Both the position numbers and the translations under genes were made by a program. A stretch of 64,000 nucleotides of DNA, from contig CBDDCK010000005.1 in NCBI GenBank assembly GCA_965225855.1, positions 1,728,001-1,792,000 of the forward strand, written 5' to 3'. Below, piece after piece: positions 40,501 to 49,826 of this stretch. The stretch is from Spirochaetia bacterium. Its GTDB lineage: Bacteria > Spirochaetota > Spirochaetia > SP-2023. The notes beneath the pieces are model-generated. The model did no database searches and was not told where the DNA came from. It saw only the letters and a list, made by a program, of their open reading frames with translations. Each line of letters starts with the position of its first letter. Within the stretch, counting starts at the first letter, position 1.

Positions 40501-40666
40501 CCCTAGCGAGCATGATAGTCCTAGGTCAGGGCCTATAGGCGATCCTATCGAAAAATATTTACTGCCTCTGGTCCGCAAAAATACTCTTAGCTTCTACAAG
40601 CGAAAAGAATATAGCATAACTGAGCATACCGTAGTCGTGCGGGGTTTAAAGCTGAAACTGCACTAG
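37574..40666 (+). CDS. large multi-pass membrane protein, unknown function
   Basis: 1030-aa open frame; extracytoplasmic N-terminal region, central TM cluster and soluble C-terminus. Confidence 0.7.
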   Translation: MLAMLSLKSLTAFTLLPNIAISTEVRVQADTGAKQKTKQAIQWLQSITQLLASQSHHQPGYQSNPATGPTKGGLSLREASNQEQTLLLAIKKLAAYYGFPAKLYSLDKIQTMHSFSSNLEVQIPASTFSDFRQSKSTRLSKQEAQRWYKVQQSKRELVFLTAISGNSVLDIVTLLLLLEASAKQTPPLALRLVFLGSELEPKAMAQLKQSLPAGRYPRYNQRYTQAYHQEYPIGLRSFIYNYPLKQPYSLIYLYHGQQDSLANYSFSYNAIAPIIQGLAEVVQQRLLLLDRFNQLQGGNTLLEYWSFVANLSAWKQAFWQGFQQGSHSQATVQIMHHSSQSNIVAPLHLGHAFQSVQLPFSYGNGMQLQPMASYQRTAIRKRLRPFIEKQWPILALAQPTLNKQPKQGYKRAKGSHTQLIYWAQQIKQLAAGLEQFMWLMLEQALQAQQQSPTSDKIAAPADSSVKNHLTNSLIQWLEWLQSLQSLGPLAPAMQTKGHSGYHYWLWNNQNLWPFELGLVYISENQILLMLLLAILLFALFQLRWHTRLQQLQVLYGLSRASLIKMLLVPLTLLASYFVFAYQAQAFILKLVGHKPFSQLWLESLLPIEGPLPQGFLAQFTTLWAIILLQLNILLLFVYGFAASFSVDKRPTIWLLPYFSHSFTFIWLWLLAWQSFRLALLGLYFFALQSVYIILPKSYSRFYLLRILQKTSLYCVIGLQFVPSILLLISLPLPFALFGFSSQGIPSQALLTILFLPGLLLHYSQILYRRFYHGQSFYRYLLRHILLYILNILACVGLLYFGNQQSQNSPQKGKVHLLESYILQPQGKPKGPEGPSTAYQIWQYYSGNSYPSSLPIGQDIPPQYFQRPLTTQEISVLEALGQTLFSADGRMIQQQYSSILQLQAAVPLSHISVEIRGSKLLFANFPFTLPLPAGDTVYQGSYKSHLVMGFWPPAGQKIELLFAGTTGKLIYDIIWQAPSEHDSPRSGPIGDPIEKYLLPLVRKNTLSFYKRKEYSITEHTVVVRGLKLKLH

Positions 40667-40761
40667 CACAAAATGCCAAGCACAACCAGCTAAAAAGCGA
40701 AATTACTTTACCCAATAGCTAATTTTCATTCTGGCCGACTTTTATGCGTACCTAAAACTTG

Positions 40762-41820
40762 TTAAGAATTCTTTCTGTTTACTGCCATATAACGGACAAT
40801 TAAAAAAAATAATAGTGCACCTATAACGCCTACAAAAACCCCTGCATGCACCATTATGGGAGCAAGTAAAGTCCGCCCAAGGGTATCCGCCCAGCTAGTG
40901 ATAATGGCCCCAAACAGCATACTTACTACACCTAACTCACTACCGCGATAACCAATAATGTTTTTCGCAAGAAATGTAGCAATCAAACCAATAAAACTAA
41001 TGCTTCCCGCCAACGCCACCACCGGTGCCATCGCGATAATTGCCAACCCAACCAAAGCAAAACTAAACGTTTTAGCACAGACCCCCAAGCGTTCTGCTAC
41101 TTGATAGCCAAGGCTCATAGGATTAATAGCGCGGCTAAAAGCAAAAAATAAACCGCCACAGATAACAGCCATAGATAGCAAAAAATTCATAGAAGCAAAA
41201 GTAATACTGGCAAAACTACCCGCTAACATAAGCTGCACCATAACCATACGTTCCATATCTAAACTAGATAAAAGCACATCGGTTATTGCAGAAAACACCG
41301 TACCAACAGCAATTCCCACAAGCAAAATAAATTTGCCCTGCATGCGCCCTCGTGCCAGAAACAAAATTAGCAAGCCCGTTAAAATAGCACCTATTGCCGT
41401 GCTCAAGCTAGCATATGCAGGTGGCAATGTGGGCACCATAAAATACAGCAAAATAGCCGCCATTGTAGCCCCATTAGTCAATCCCAATATGCCAGGGTCC
41501 GCCAGCGGGTTACGAGACAAAACCTGCAACATGTAGCCAGACAAAGCCATTAAAGCCCCTGCACACATACTACCCACCACACGCGGCAAACGGATTTCAT
41601 AAATAGTTTCACTAGAATTATTTGTATCTACATGCCCTTGTAGCACTAGCCAGACATCTTGCATAGTAACTTCAATAGAACCAAGTTTAAGCCCCATTAA
41701 AAAGCTAAACAGCAAACCAAGCACCATGGCAAAAGTTACCCAAAAACTACGCTTATAAATAGGCAGTGCAATGTTTTTAGCATTACCTACAATATAATTC
41801 TTTTCAATAATGTTCTGCAT
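40762..41820 (-). CDS. FecCD-family iron-chelate ABC permease
   Basis: IRLPR, RNPLADPGILG and GSISFIGL motifs. Confidence 0.95.
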   Translation of the reverse strand: MQNIIEKNYIVGNAKNIALPIYKRSFWVTFAMVLGLLFSFLMGLKLGSIEVTMQDVWLVLQGHVDTNNSSETIYEIRLPRVVGSMCAGALMALSGYMLQVLSRNPLADPGILGLTNGATMAAILLYFMVPTLPPAYASLSTAIGAILTGLLILFLARGRMQGKFILLVGIAVGTVFSAITDVLLSSLDMERMVMVQLMLAGSFASITFASMNFLLSMAVICGGLFFAFSRAINPMSLGYQVAERLGVCAKTFSFALVGLAIIAMAPVVALAGSISFIGLIATFLAKNIIGYRGSELGVVSMLFGAIITSWADTLGRTLLAPIMVHAGVFVGVIGALLFFLIVRYMAVNRKNS

Positions 41821-41823
41821 AAC

Positions 41824-42870
41824 CTATAACCTTTTGTTGCGTAGAAACAACAATATCAAAAAAAATAAGCCACCTAAGCTAGAAGTCACCGCCCCGACTA
41901 ACAGCAATTTAGGAGCAATCAAAATACGGGCAATACCATCGGCTATTGCTAATATTATCGCTCCCACAATGATAGCAAGTAATGCCCCATGGATACCCGT
42001 TTCGTTGACAAACAGCTTAACTATATGTGGTACAACCAAGCCCACAAAACCAATAGGGCCAATTACCGCTACCGATAATGCAGACAAAATAAAAATGCTA
42101 CCAATAGTAATAAAACGAATACGCTTTACATTAGCCCCCAAAACGGTTGCTTGGCTATCACCCATCATAAGTGCATCTAGCGAGTAAGATTGCGAAAATA
42201 AAAGTATCGCAAACAAAATAAAAGCAGGGTAGCTAATTTTTAAGCCATTAAAGTCAGAAGGATTGATTGTGCCCAAAAGCCAGTCTTGTATGCCCTGAAA
42301 GCCCAATGGGTCGATAGATAGAACAAATGTTTTTACCGAGCCAAACAGCAAACCCACCAAACTACCCGACAAAACTAAATGCACTCCCTTAGCCACATCA
42401 GATTTAGAAATTATCTTAGTTAAAGAAAATGTACAGAGCCCAGCCAAAACCGCCCCTAAAATTGCTGGTAAAAATAAGGCCGTATCATCTGCACGAAAAA
42501 AGTAAATAGCCAAAACAACAAATAAAGATGCTCCCGATACCACCCCCAAAGTCGTAGCCGATACCAATGGATTTTGGAATAACTTTTGCGCTTGAAAGCC
42601 TGTAAGCCCTAAACTAGCACCACAAACAATAGCCACATATAAGCGTGGCATACGCTGATTTACAATAATATGGTGAGCAAACTGGCTAGGGTCAAAATGA
42701 AAAATAGCTTGGTAAATGGTTGCAAAAGGTATTTTTACTGCACCTAAACTAATATTCCAAATAACTACAAACACAAAAGCTAAGAGGCAAATTGCCCAGC
42801 TACCTATGCTTTTAAAGCAGCTTTTTGCCGAAAGGTTTTTATTGGACAAGATATTTGGGCACATAAACAC
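41824..42870 (-). CDS. FecCD-family iron-chelate ABC permease
   Basis: RMPR, QNPLVS and GPIGFVGLVVPH motifs. Confidence 0.95.
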   Translation of the reverse strand: MFMCPNILSNKNLSAKSCFKSIGSWAICLLAFVFVVIWNISLGAVKIPFATIYQAIFHFDPSQFAHHIIVNQRMPRLYVAIVCGASLGLTGFQAQKLFQNPLVSATTLGVVSGASLFVVLAIYFFRADDTALFLPAILGAVLAGLCTFSLTKIISKSDVAKGVHLVLSGSLVGLLFGSVKTFVLSIDPLGFQGIQDWLLGTINPSDFNGLKISYPAFILFAILLFSQSYSLDALMMGDSQATVLGANVKRIRFITIGSIFILSALSVAVIGPIGFVGLVVPHIVKLFVNETGIHGALLAIIVGAIILAIADGIARILIAPKLLLVGAVTSSLGGLFFLILLFLRNKRL

Positions 42871-43612
42871 CTACCTCTTGCGAACCAATATTTTTCACGT
42901 CCACAGTAAAAACATCTAAAATTGCCTTAGGCGTAATGACCTCTTTCGGCCTGCCCGATGCGTAGACTTTGTTATTGTATAAAATACTTACATTATCGGC
43001 ATATAGCTCTGCATGTATCAAGTCATGCAAAATGGCAACAACCGTTTTACCTTCTGCACTCAAACGCTTACCCATATCCAATAAAGAATACTGGTGGTGA
43101 GGGTCCAAGTGAGAAGTGGGTTCATCTAGTAGTACAATATCGGCTTCCTGCGCCAACAACATAGCCATGCGGCAACGTTGCAATTGGCCACCTGAAAGTT
43201 GAGAAACTTGCTTGCCAGCTAGTTCACTTACCTGCATTACGGCCATAGCTTCGGCCACAATCGCTAAATCGCTCTCGCTATAACGGGATAGAAAGCTTTG
43301 GTAACAATAACGCCCCTGCATAATCATATCATGAGCCGTCATAAATTCTGGGGCATGCATGGTCTGCGGCAGTACCGATAAATTTTGGGCTAAACTTTTT
43401 GCGTCATAATCATGGATAGATCTGCTAGCTATTTCAATCTGGCCGGACTTCAACGGCAAAACTCGGCTAATTAAGTTAAACAAAGTGGTTTTACCACAGC
43501 CGTTTGGCCCTAAAATTGCAGAAAACTTCCCCGTTTCAAAATCAATGCAAATATCTGTTAAAACGATATTTTCTCCATAACAATGGGAAACATTCTGAAC
43601 CGAAATAGCCAT
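42839..43612 (-). CDS. iron-chelate ABC ATP-binding protein (FecE/FhuC-like)
   Basis: GPNGCGKT, LSGGQ and LLDEPTSHLD motifs. Confidence 0.95.
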   Translation of the reverse strand: MAISVQNVSHCYGENIVLTDICIDFETGKFSAILGPNGCGKTTLFNLISRVLPLKSGQIEIASRSIHDYDAKSLAQNLSVLPQTMHAPEFMTAHDMIMQGRYCYQSFLSRYSESDLAIVAEAMAVMQVSELAGKQVSQLSGGQLQRCRMAMLLAQEADIVLLDEPTSHLDPHHQYSLLDMGKRLSAEGKTVVAILHDLIHAELYADNVSILYNNKVYASGRPKEVITPKAILDVFTVDVKNIGSQEVGVYVPKYLVQ

Positions 43613-43653
43613 ACCGCCTACTACCCCAAATATTGCGCAAAAATATCCAGCAA

Positions 43654-44676
43654 TTACTTAGCGACCTGTACAAACTGGTCTAGTATCCAGTCCAAAGCCT
43701 TAAAAGTCATAGGATCTGCCATTTCACGGCTTAATACGATCATCTGCTCGTTCTTATAAGCACTGTTATACTCACGCCAGCCGGGGGCAATATCGTCAAA
43801 ACCTGCATAAATTGTTTCAACAGTTTCACCTGTTTGGTTACGAAAGGTGGACAGCAGCCAATCGGAGTTCATTTGTACAAATGTTTCAGCACTTAATTTA
43901 CGACAAGCTTCTGTTGGTTTGTATTGTTTTTCTAGGAACGATAATTTTTTGAAACCTAAATCATAGGCAACACGTGAAAACGCACCATAGTGGATACAAG
44001 CATAATACTGCGCTTTGCCCCGAAATGGGTGGGCATAAGCAATAATCTGTTTCTCAGGTGCGACAGAAAATTTTTCCTTAACTTGTTGAAGGCGGGCTTG
44101 ATATTTTTTATAGCTTGCATTGAATTGTTCCGATTTGCCTACCCAGCCTGCTAGATCTCTAAAAACAGGTAATGGGTCTGGTCTGCCGGCCTCAATAATA
44201 ACCGTTGGAGCAATGATAGAAAATTGTTTATAATTTTTGAGATGATATTCTGTGCCCACGATTAGGTCTGGTTTTGATGCTTTAATTTGCTCTATATCTT
44301 CGCCAAATGCGCCATAATTAGCCAGATTGAGGTCTTGGAATTTCACCCCATACACTTCCTCTACTCCGCGAATATAAGGGCGGTTATCTTCATCTCCTTT
44401 AGCTCTAGTTGCCGTACCGATTAGCGGCGCGCCTAAATCCCACAGCATGGCTGTTGTAGACAAAGTGTGTAGCGAAGCAATACGCTGGGGGTTGGTGGGA
44501 ATTTCCACAACATTCCCTACGTTATCGGTAACCGTTTTCATTGCAACCGTTTTAGCTGGGACATCCGTTTGTTGAGATTTGCCGGCATTGGCCGCTTTGG
44601 TATTCTGCCGCGTACAACTCACTTGGGTTAATATTAACGAAAAAGTGAATAGCAGCATTTGCTTATATAGTTTCAT
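43654..44676 (-). CDS. iron-siderophore-type ABC substrate-binding lipoprotein (array gene 7)
   Basis: Lipobox VSC; EIPTNPQRIASL, DIEQIKASKPDLI and IAPTV class III SBP motifs. Confidence 0.92.
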   Translation of the reverse strand: MKLYKQMLLFTFSLILTQVSCTRQNTKAANAGKSQQTDVPAKTVAMKTVTDNVGNVVEIPTNPQRIASLHTLSTTAMLWDLGAPLIGTATRAKGDEDNRPYIRGVEEVYGVKFQDLNLANYGAFGEDIEQIKASKPDLIVGTEYHLKNYKQFSIIAPTVIIEAGRPDPLPVFRDLAGWVGKSEQFNASYKKYQARLQQVKEKFSVAPEKQIIAYAHPFRGKAQYYACIHYGAFSRVAYDLGFKKLSFLEKQYKPTEACRKLSAETFVQMNSDWLLSTFRNQTGETVETIYAGFDDIAPGWREYNSAYKNEQMIVLSREMADPMTFKALDWILDQFVQVAK

Positions 44677-44715
44677 AAACTACTCCTGAAAAAATATAAT
44701 TTTTTGTCAATAACA

Positions 44716-45738
44716 TTATTTTGCGTATTTCTGAAACTGATCTAATACCCAGTTCATAGCGGTAAAGCACATGGGGATAGCCTTTTCACGATTTACAGCA
44801 ATAATCTGATTTTGCTGGTAGGCCGTGCTGTTGGCTTGCCAGCCGGGTGCGACATCGTCAAAACCTTTATATATATCTTCAACCGTTTGGCCTATTTGGC
44901 TTTTATATGAAGTCAAAAGCCAGTCGGGGTTGTTCTGGGCAAACGTTTCTGCGCTCAATCTGCCTCCAGTTTCATCTGCATTAAATAACTCTGTTAAAAA
45001 CGGTAGAGGCTGGAAGCCTAAATCGTAAGCAACTTTTGTAAAAGAACCATAATGGATGCGCCCGGCATACTGTGCTTTGCCCGGATATGGATGGACATAG
45101 GCAACAGTTTGCTGGCTGGGCGCCTTAGAAAATTTTGTGCGAACCTCCGCCAATCGTTGCCGATATTCGGCTTCTTTGGCCGCAAAGACTTCACTTTTAC
45201 CAACCCAAGAAGCTAGGTCTGAAAAGGTGCTAAATAAATCAATGGTAGAATCATTGACAACAATAGTAGGGGCAATGGCTGCGTATTTTGCATAATTCTT
45301 GGAATTTTCCATATTGGCCACAATTAAGTCAGGCTGCGAAAATTTCACTTGCTCTATATCACTGCCCATCCTGCCATAACTGGCTAATTGTGTGTCTTGA
45401 AACCGTAGATCATAGACTTCTTCGACAAAACGCATATAAGTTCGTTTATCCTCGTTGGCCTTAATGCTAGTAGCTGTACCTATAAGCGGTGCGCCTAAAT
45501 CCCACAACATAACGGTGATGGTCATAGCACGCAGCGAGGCAATTCGCTTGGGGTTGGTAGGAATTTCTACTTTGTTGCCAAAATGGTCGGTAATGGTTTT
45601 CATCTCAACTGTTTTTTCAGCTGGAAGATCTCCTCCTTGTTTGCCATTATTGGCTGCTTTTGTATTTTGACGCGTACAACTAAATTGTGTTAATATTAAC
45701 AAAAAAATAAATAGCAACATTTGCTTATATAGTTTCAT
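44716..45738 (-). CDS. iron-siderophore-type SBP lipoprotein (array gene 6)
   Basis: Same class III SBP motifs and same leader family as gene 7. Confidence 0.92.
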   Translation of the reverse strand: MKLYKQMLLFIFLLILTQFSCTRQNTKAANNGKQGGDLPAEKTVEMKTITDHFGNKVEIPTNPKRIASLRAMTITVMLWDLGAPLIGTATSIKANEDKRTYMRFVEEVYDLRFQDTQLASYGRMGSDIEQVKFSQPDLIVANMENSKNYAKYAAIAPTIVVNDSTIDLFSTFSDLASWVGKSEVFAAKEAEYRQRLAEVRTKFSKAPSQQTVAYVHPYPGKAQYAGRIHYGSFTKVAYDLGFQPLPFLTELFNADETGGRLSAETFAQNNPDWLLTSYKSQIGQTVEDIYKGFDDVAPGWQANSTAYQQNQIIAVNREKAIPMCFTAMNWVLDQFQKYAK

Positions 45739-45828
45739 AAATTACTCTTTCATTTTCTAACATGATAGATTCTTTTTTGTCCATGTTGTTAACGGATTAT
45801 TGCAATTTGGGGCGTCCCAATACATGAC

Positions 45829-46806
45829 TCATGATATATAATGAACATTCATATTTAAAACGCCAAAAGAGGGGGATATATAAGACCTCGGCATGATAAT
45901 AAGCTGACCTTGGGCACAGGCTTTTAAATTTTTACAGTAATTTTTCATCAAGGTCTGCCACTCTTCTCGTGATTTCAAAGGGCCATAACCATCGGTAAAG
46001 TCAATGTACGTTCCAAAAACGAAATCTGCCTCTTGTTCGTTTAAAACCTCAGCACTAATGGGTTGTTGCCATTTACCAGCAGAGCGCATATCTTTAATCA
46101 TTTTCGAGGGCTTGAATCCCAAATCATCCAAAACCTTATGTAATACGCCCAATGCTTGATAGGCAAAAATTTTACCATCCCACGCCTCTAAGATACCATA
46201 GATGTATTCGCGCCCACGCAACCAAGTCTTACCCTTGTCAATTAGAGTGTTATACAGTTTCATTTTGTCTTTATAGTCAGACAATGTACCAGACACATCG
46301 GCTAAATCCTTGAAATAGTCTAAAATATTGGCTTGTCCATCATCTAGCAAAACCGTAGGAGCAATTTTTTCCAATTTAGGCAACATCTCCTCTTGCCATT
46401 TTAATAAGACAATCAAATCAGGCTTGATAGCAGCAGTTTTTTCAAAATCAATTGCATCGGCTGTGCCAATAAATTCAATGTTTGCATTTTCGTAGCTAAT
46501 ACCCAAAATATCACGCACAGAACGCATAAATGGATTTTTATCTTTATCAACACGACCTTGTGAACCGGCAATTTTTGCTCCTAAATCCAACAAAGGCAAG
46601 GAAACAAAGTGGTCTGACAACGAAATAATACGTTTAGGCTGCACAGGAATTTCTATTGTACGGTTAGATGAATCTGTATAAGAACGGAAATCTCTTCCTT
46701 GTTTACCATTATTGGTATTGGCTGCTTTTGTATTTTGGCGCGTACAACTAACTTGGGTTAATATTAACAACAAAGTGAATAGCAACATTTGCTTATATAG
46801 TTTCAT
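45829..46806 (-). CDS. iron-siderophore-type SBP lipoprotein (array gene 5; divergent; possible C-terminal frameshift)
   Basis: IPVQPKRIISL, KPDLI and KIAPTV motifs. Confidence 0.9.
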   Translation of the reverse strand: MKLYKQMLLFTLLLILTQVSCTRQNTKAANTNNGKQGRDFRSYTDSSNRTIEIPVQPKRIISLSDHFVSLPLLDLGAKIAGSQGRVDKDKNPFMRSVRDILGISYENANIEFIGTADAIDFEKTAAIKPDLIVLLKWQEEMLPKLEKIAPTVLLDDGQANILDYFKDLADVSGTLSDYKDKMKLYNTLIDKGKTWLRGREYIYGILEAWDGKIFAYQALGVLHKVLDDLGFKPSKMIKDMRSAGKWQQPISAEVLNEQEADFVFGTYIDFTDGYGPLKSREEWQTLMKNYCKNLKACAQGQLIIMPRSYISPSFGVLNMNVHYIS

Positions 46807-46844
46807 AAACTACTCCTGAAAAAATATAATTTTTGTCAATAACA

Positions 46845-48725
46845 TTATTTTGCGTATTGTTCCAACTGATCTAACACCCAATTTAAAGATTTAAAAGTCA
46901 TCGGATCTGCCATTTCACGGCTTAATACGATCATCTGCTCGTTCTTATAAGCACTGTTATACTCACGCCAACCAGGGGTAATATCGTCAAAGCCTTTGTA
47001 AATGTCCTCTACGGTTTGCCCAAATTGGTTACGGAATGTGGACAAAAACCAATCTGGGTTCATTTGCCCAAATGTTTCTGCACTTAACTTACGGCAAGCT
47101 TCTGTTGGTTTGTACTGTTTTTCTAAGAACGGTAATTTTTTGAAACCTAAATCATAGGCAACACGTGAAAACGCACCATAGTAGATACAAGCATAATATT
47201 GCGCTTCGCCCGGAAGTGGTTGGGCGTAAGCAATAATCTGTTTCTCAGGTGCGACAGAAAATTTTTCCTTAATTTGTTGAAGGCGGGCTTGGTATTTTTT
47301 ATAGCTTGCATTGAATTGTTCCGATTTGCCTACCCAGCCTGCTAGGTCTCTGAACACAGGTAATGGGTCTGGTCTGCCAGCCTCAATAATAACCGTTGGA
47401 GCAATGATAGACAATTGTTTATAATTTTTGAGATGATATTCCGCACCCACAATTAGGTCTGGTTTTGATGCTTTAATTTGTTCTATATCTTCGCCAAAAG
47501 AGCCGTAATTAGCCAAGTCGAAGTCTTGGAATTTCACCTCATACACTTCCTCTACCCCGCGAATATACGGGCGGTTATTCTCATCTCCCTTAGGTCTAGT
47601 TGCAGTGCCGATTAGCGGTGCGCCTAAATCCCACAGCATGGCTGTCGTGGATAGAGTGTGTAACGAAGCAATGCGCTGGGAGTTAGTGGGAATTTCTGCA
47701 ATATGTTGAAAATGATCTACTACAATTTTCGTAGTCGCTTTTCCTTTTTGAGCAACCTGAAAAAACTCATCAAGAATTAGGTCATAAGTTTTAAAACTGG
47801 TTGCAAAACTGGTTTCACGATTGCCGAGTATAAAGGTATTGTTTTGATAAGCCTTTGTAAATTTTCTCCAACCGGGCATTGCTATATCTAAAGTTTCAAA
47901 AAATTTTTGCTTGCTCACTCCGTACTGTCCGCGATAAGTGCTCAACAAATAATCAGCATCCAGAATTTCCCCCAGCACCTCCATACTAAATTTTCTGCTA
48001 TCAGTTATCTTACCGTTGTTAAATTCTTTGACGTAAAACGGATGCGCTTTGATTTCTAAATCGTAAGCCACTTTCGTCATGGCGCCATAATGGAAATAAC
48101 CAGAAAACAGGTCTCCTTTCAAACCTGCAAAATAGGCAATTGTCTTCTGACTGAGATCTTCTGGGAACTTAGCTTTGACTGCTTCGAGTTTCTCTTTATA
48201 GGATTTTTCTTTGGCATCAAAAAAATCTTTTTGCCCAATCCATTTGGCTAAATCGCCATAATGCTGATGTTTGTAATCTATCAAGATCGTTGGAGCAATT
48301 TTGGAGAGTTTCTCATAAAATTTTTGATGATAGAGTCCACCGATAATCAAATCCGGTTTAGAAGCTTTGACTCGTTCCAAATCTTCACCCATAGTACCAT
48401 AATCTGCCCAGCCTTTTTGAGAAAAATCCAAGCCAAACAATTCATAACCTGAACGAATATAGCGAATATTTTCAGGTTTTTTTATTCTGGTTGATGCGCC
48501 AATGATAGATGCTTTTATTTCATACAGCATTACTGTGATTGGATAGTGCAGTGAAGCAATGCGCTTAGGGTTGGTGGGAATTTCTACTTTGTTGCCCGCA
48601 TGATCGGTAATGGTTTTGGTTGCAGTTGGTTGCGCCGAAGGCTCTGCTATTTGCTTGCCTTTGCTGGGATTTTGTCTTGTGCAGCTCATATATAGCAATA
48701 AAAATATGTAAATATAGAGTTTCAT
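46845..48725 (-). CDS. double-domain iron-siderophore-type SBP lipoprotein (array gene 4)
   Basis: Two complete SBP domains; the second is near-identical to 43654-44676. Confidence 0.92.
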   Translation of the reverse strand: MKLYIYIFLLLYMSCTRQNPSKGKQIAEPSAQPTATKTITDHAGNKVEIPTNPKRIASLHYPITVMLYEIKASIIGASTRIKKPENIRYIRSGYELFGLDFSQKGWADYGTMGEDLERVKASKPDLIIGGLYHQKFYEKLSKIAPTILIDYKHQHYGDLAKWIGQKDFFDAKEKSYKEKLEAVKAKFPEDLSQKTIAYFAGLKGDLFSGYFHYGAMTKVAYDLEIKAHPFYVKEFNNGKITDSRKFSMEVLGEILDADYLLSTYRGQYGVSKQKFFETLDIAMPGWRKFTKAYQNNTFILGNRETSFATSFKTYDLILDEFFQVAQKGKATTKIVVDHFQHIAEIPTNSQRIASLHTLSTTAMLWDLGAPLIGTATRPKGDENNRPYIRGVEEVYEVKFQDFDLANYGSFGEDIEQIKASKPDLIVGAEYHLKNYKQLSIIAPTVIIEAGRPDPLPVFRDLAGWVGKSEQFNASYKKYQARLQQIKEKFSVAPEKQIIAYAQPLPGEAQYYACIYYGAFSRVAYDLGFKKLPFLEKQYKPTEACRKLSAETFGQMNPDWFLSTFRNQFGQTVEDIYKGFDDITPGWREYNSAYKNEQMIVLSREMADPMTFKSLNWVLDQLEQYAK

Positions 48726-48762
48726 AAAATCTCCCTAAAAATATATTTTTTTGTCAATAATA

Positions 48763-49758
48763 TTATTTTGCGTGCTTAGCAAATTCATCTAGTACAATAT
48801 CCATGACTCTAAAGGACATAGGGCGAGAACTTTCACGCGGGAATACCACAGTTTTTTGTGCTTGATAAGCAGGAATAAAATCTTTCCAGCCGGGAGCAAT
48901 ATCATCAAAACCGCTATAAACCGTTTCAGGAGTTTCGCCCCGCTGATTGTTGTAAGTTGAAAAAAGCCAGTCTGCTTGTATTTGGGGTAAATATTCGGCA
49001 CTAAGTTTGCCTCCTACATCATCTTCTTTTGGGAATTGTTGCGCAGTAAATGGTTCTATTTTAAACCCTAAATCATAAGCAACATGCGTTAGCGCACCAT
49101 AATGTTTGCGGGCTTCAAACATGGCTTTTCCCGCAAGAGGCAAAGCATAAGCAATAGTCTGCTCACTAGGTGGCTGAGAAAACATAGCTTTTGTTTTGGC
49201 CAGTTTGTTCAAATATAATTTTTTCTTTTGTTCAAAGACGGCTGTTTTGTTTACCCATTCCGCCAAATCTCGGTATATCTCAAACATATTATAAGTGCCT
49301 TGACTAATAATGATGGTGGGGGCAATGGCTGCTAGCTGTTGATATTGTTTGCTGTGTTCTTGGGTACCAACAATTAAATCTGGAACCGACTTTTTAATTT
49401 GTTCTATATCCTGACCTTTTTTACCATAGTTAAAAAGGTTTGTATCCTGAAATTTAACGTGAAACACTTCTTCTACCGAGCGAATATAAGGGCGGTTATT
49501 ATCCTCTGCTTTTAGCCGTGTAGCTGTGCCTATAAGCGGGGCTTCTAAATCCCACAACATATGCGTTGTAGATAAAGTGTGCAATGAAGCAATTCGCTTG
49601 GGGTTTTGGGGTATTTGTACTGTATGCCCCGCATGATCGGTAATGGTTTTGGTTGCAGTTGGTTGCGCCGAAGGTTTTGCTATTTGCTTGCCTTTGTTAG
49701 GATTTTGTCTTGCGCAGCTCATAGATAGCAATAAAAATATGTAAATATAGAGTTTCAT
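48763..49758 (-). CDS. iron-siderophore-type SBP lipoprotein (array gene 3)
   Basis: Class III SBP motifs; MKLYIYIFLLL-type leader. Confidence 0.92.
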   Translation of the reverse strand: MKLYIYIFLLLSMSCARQNPNKGKQIAKPSAQPTATKTITDHAGHTVQIPQNPKRIASLHTLSTTHMLWDLEAPLIGTATRLKAEDNNRPYIRSVEEVFHVKFQDTNLFNYGKKGQDIEQIKKSVPDLIVGTQEHSKQYQQLAAIAPTIIISQGTYNMFEIYRDLAEWVNKTAVFEQKKKLYLNKLAKTKAMFSQPPSEQTIAYALPLAGKAMFEARKHYGALTHVAYDLGFKIEPFTAQQFPKEDDVGGKLSAEYLPQIQADWLFSTYNNQRGETPETVYSGFDDIAPGWKDFIPAYQAQKTVVFPRESSRPMSFRVMDIVLDEFAKHAK

Positions 49759-49826
49759 AAAATCTCCTTAAACAAGACTTTAAATATATGCTAACTTCAA
49801 ATACGAAGGCTCTAAGTTATTTGGAA

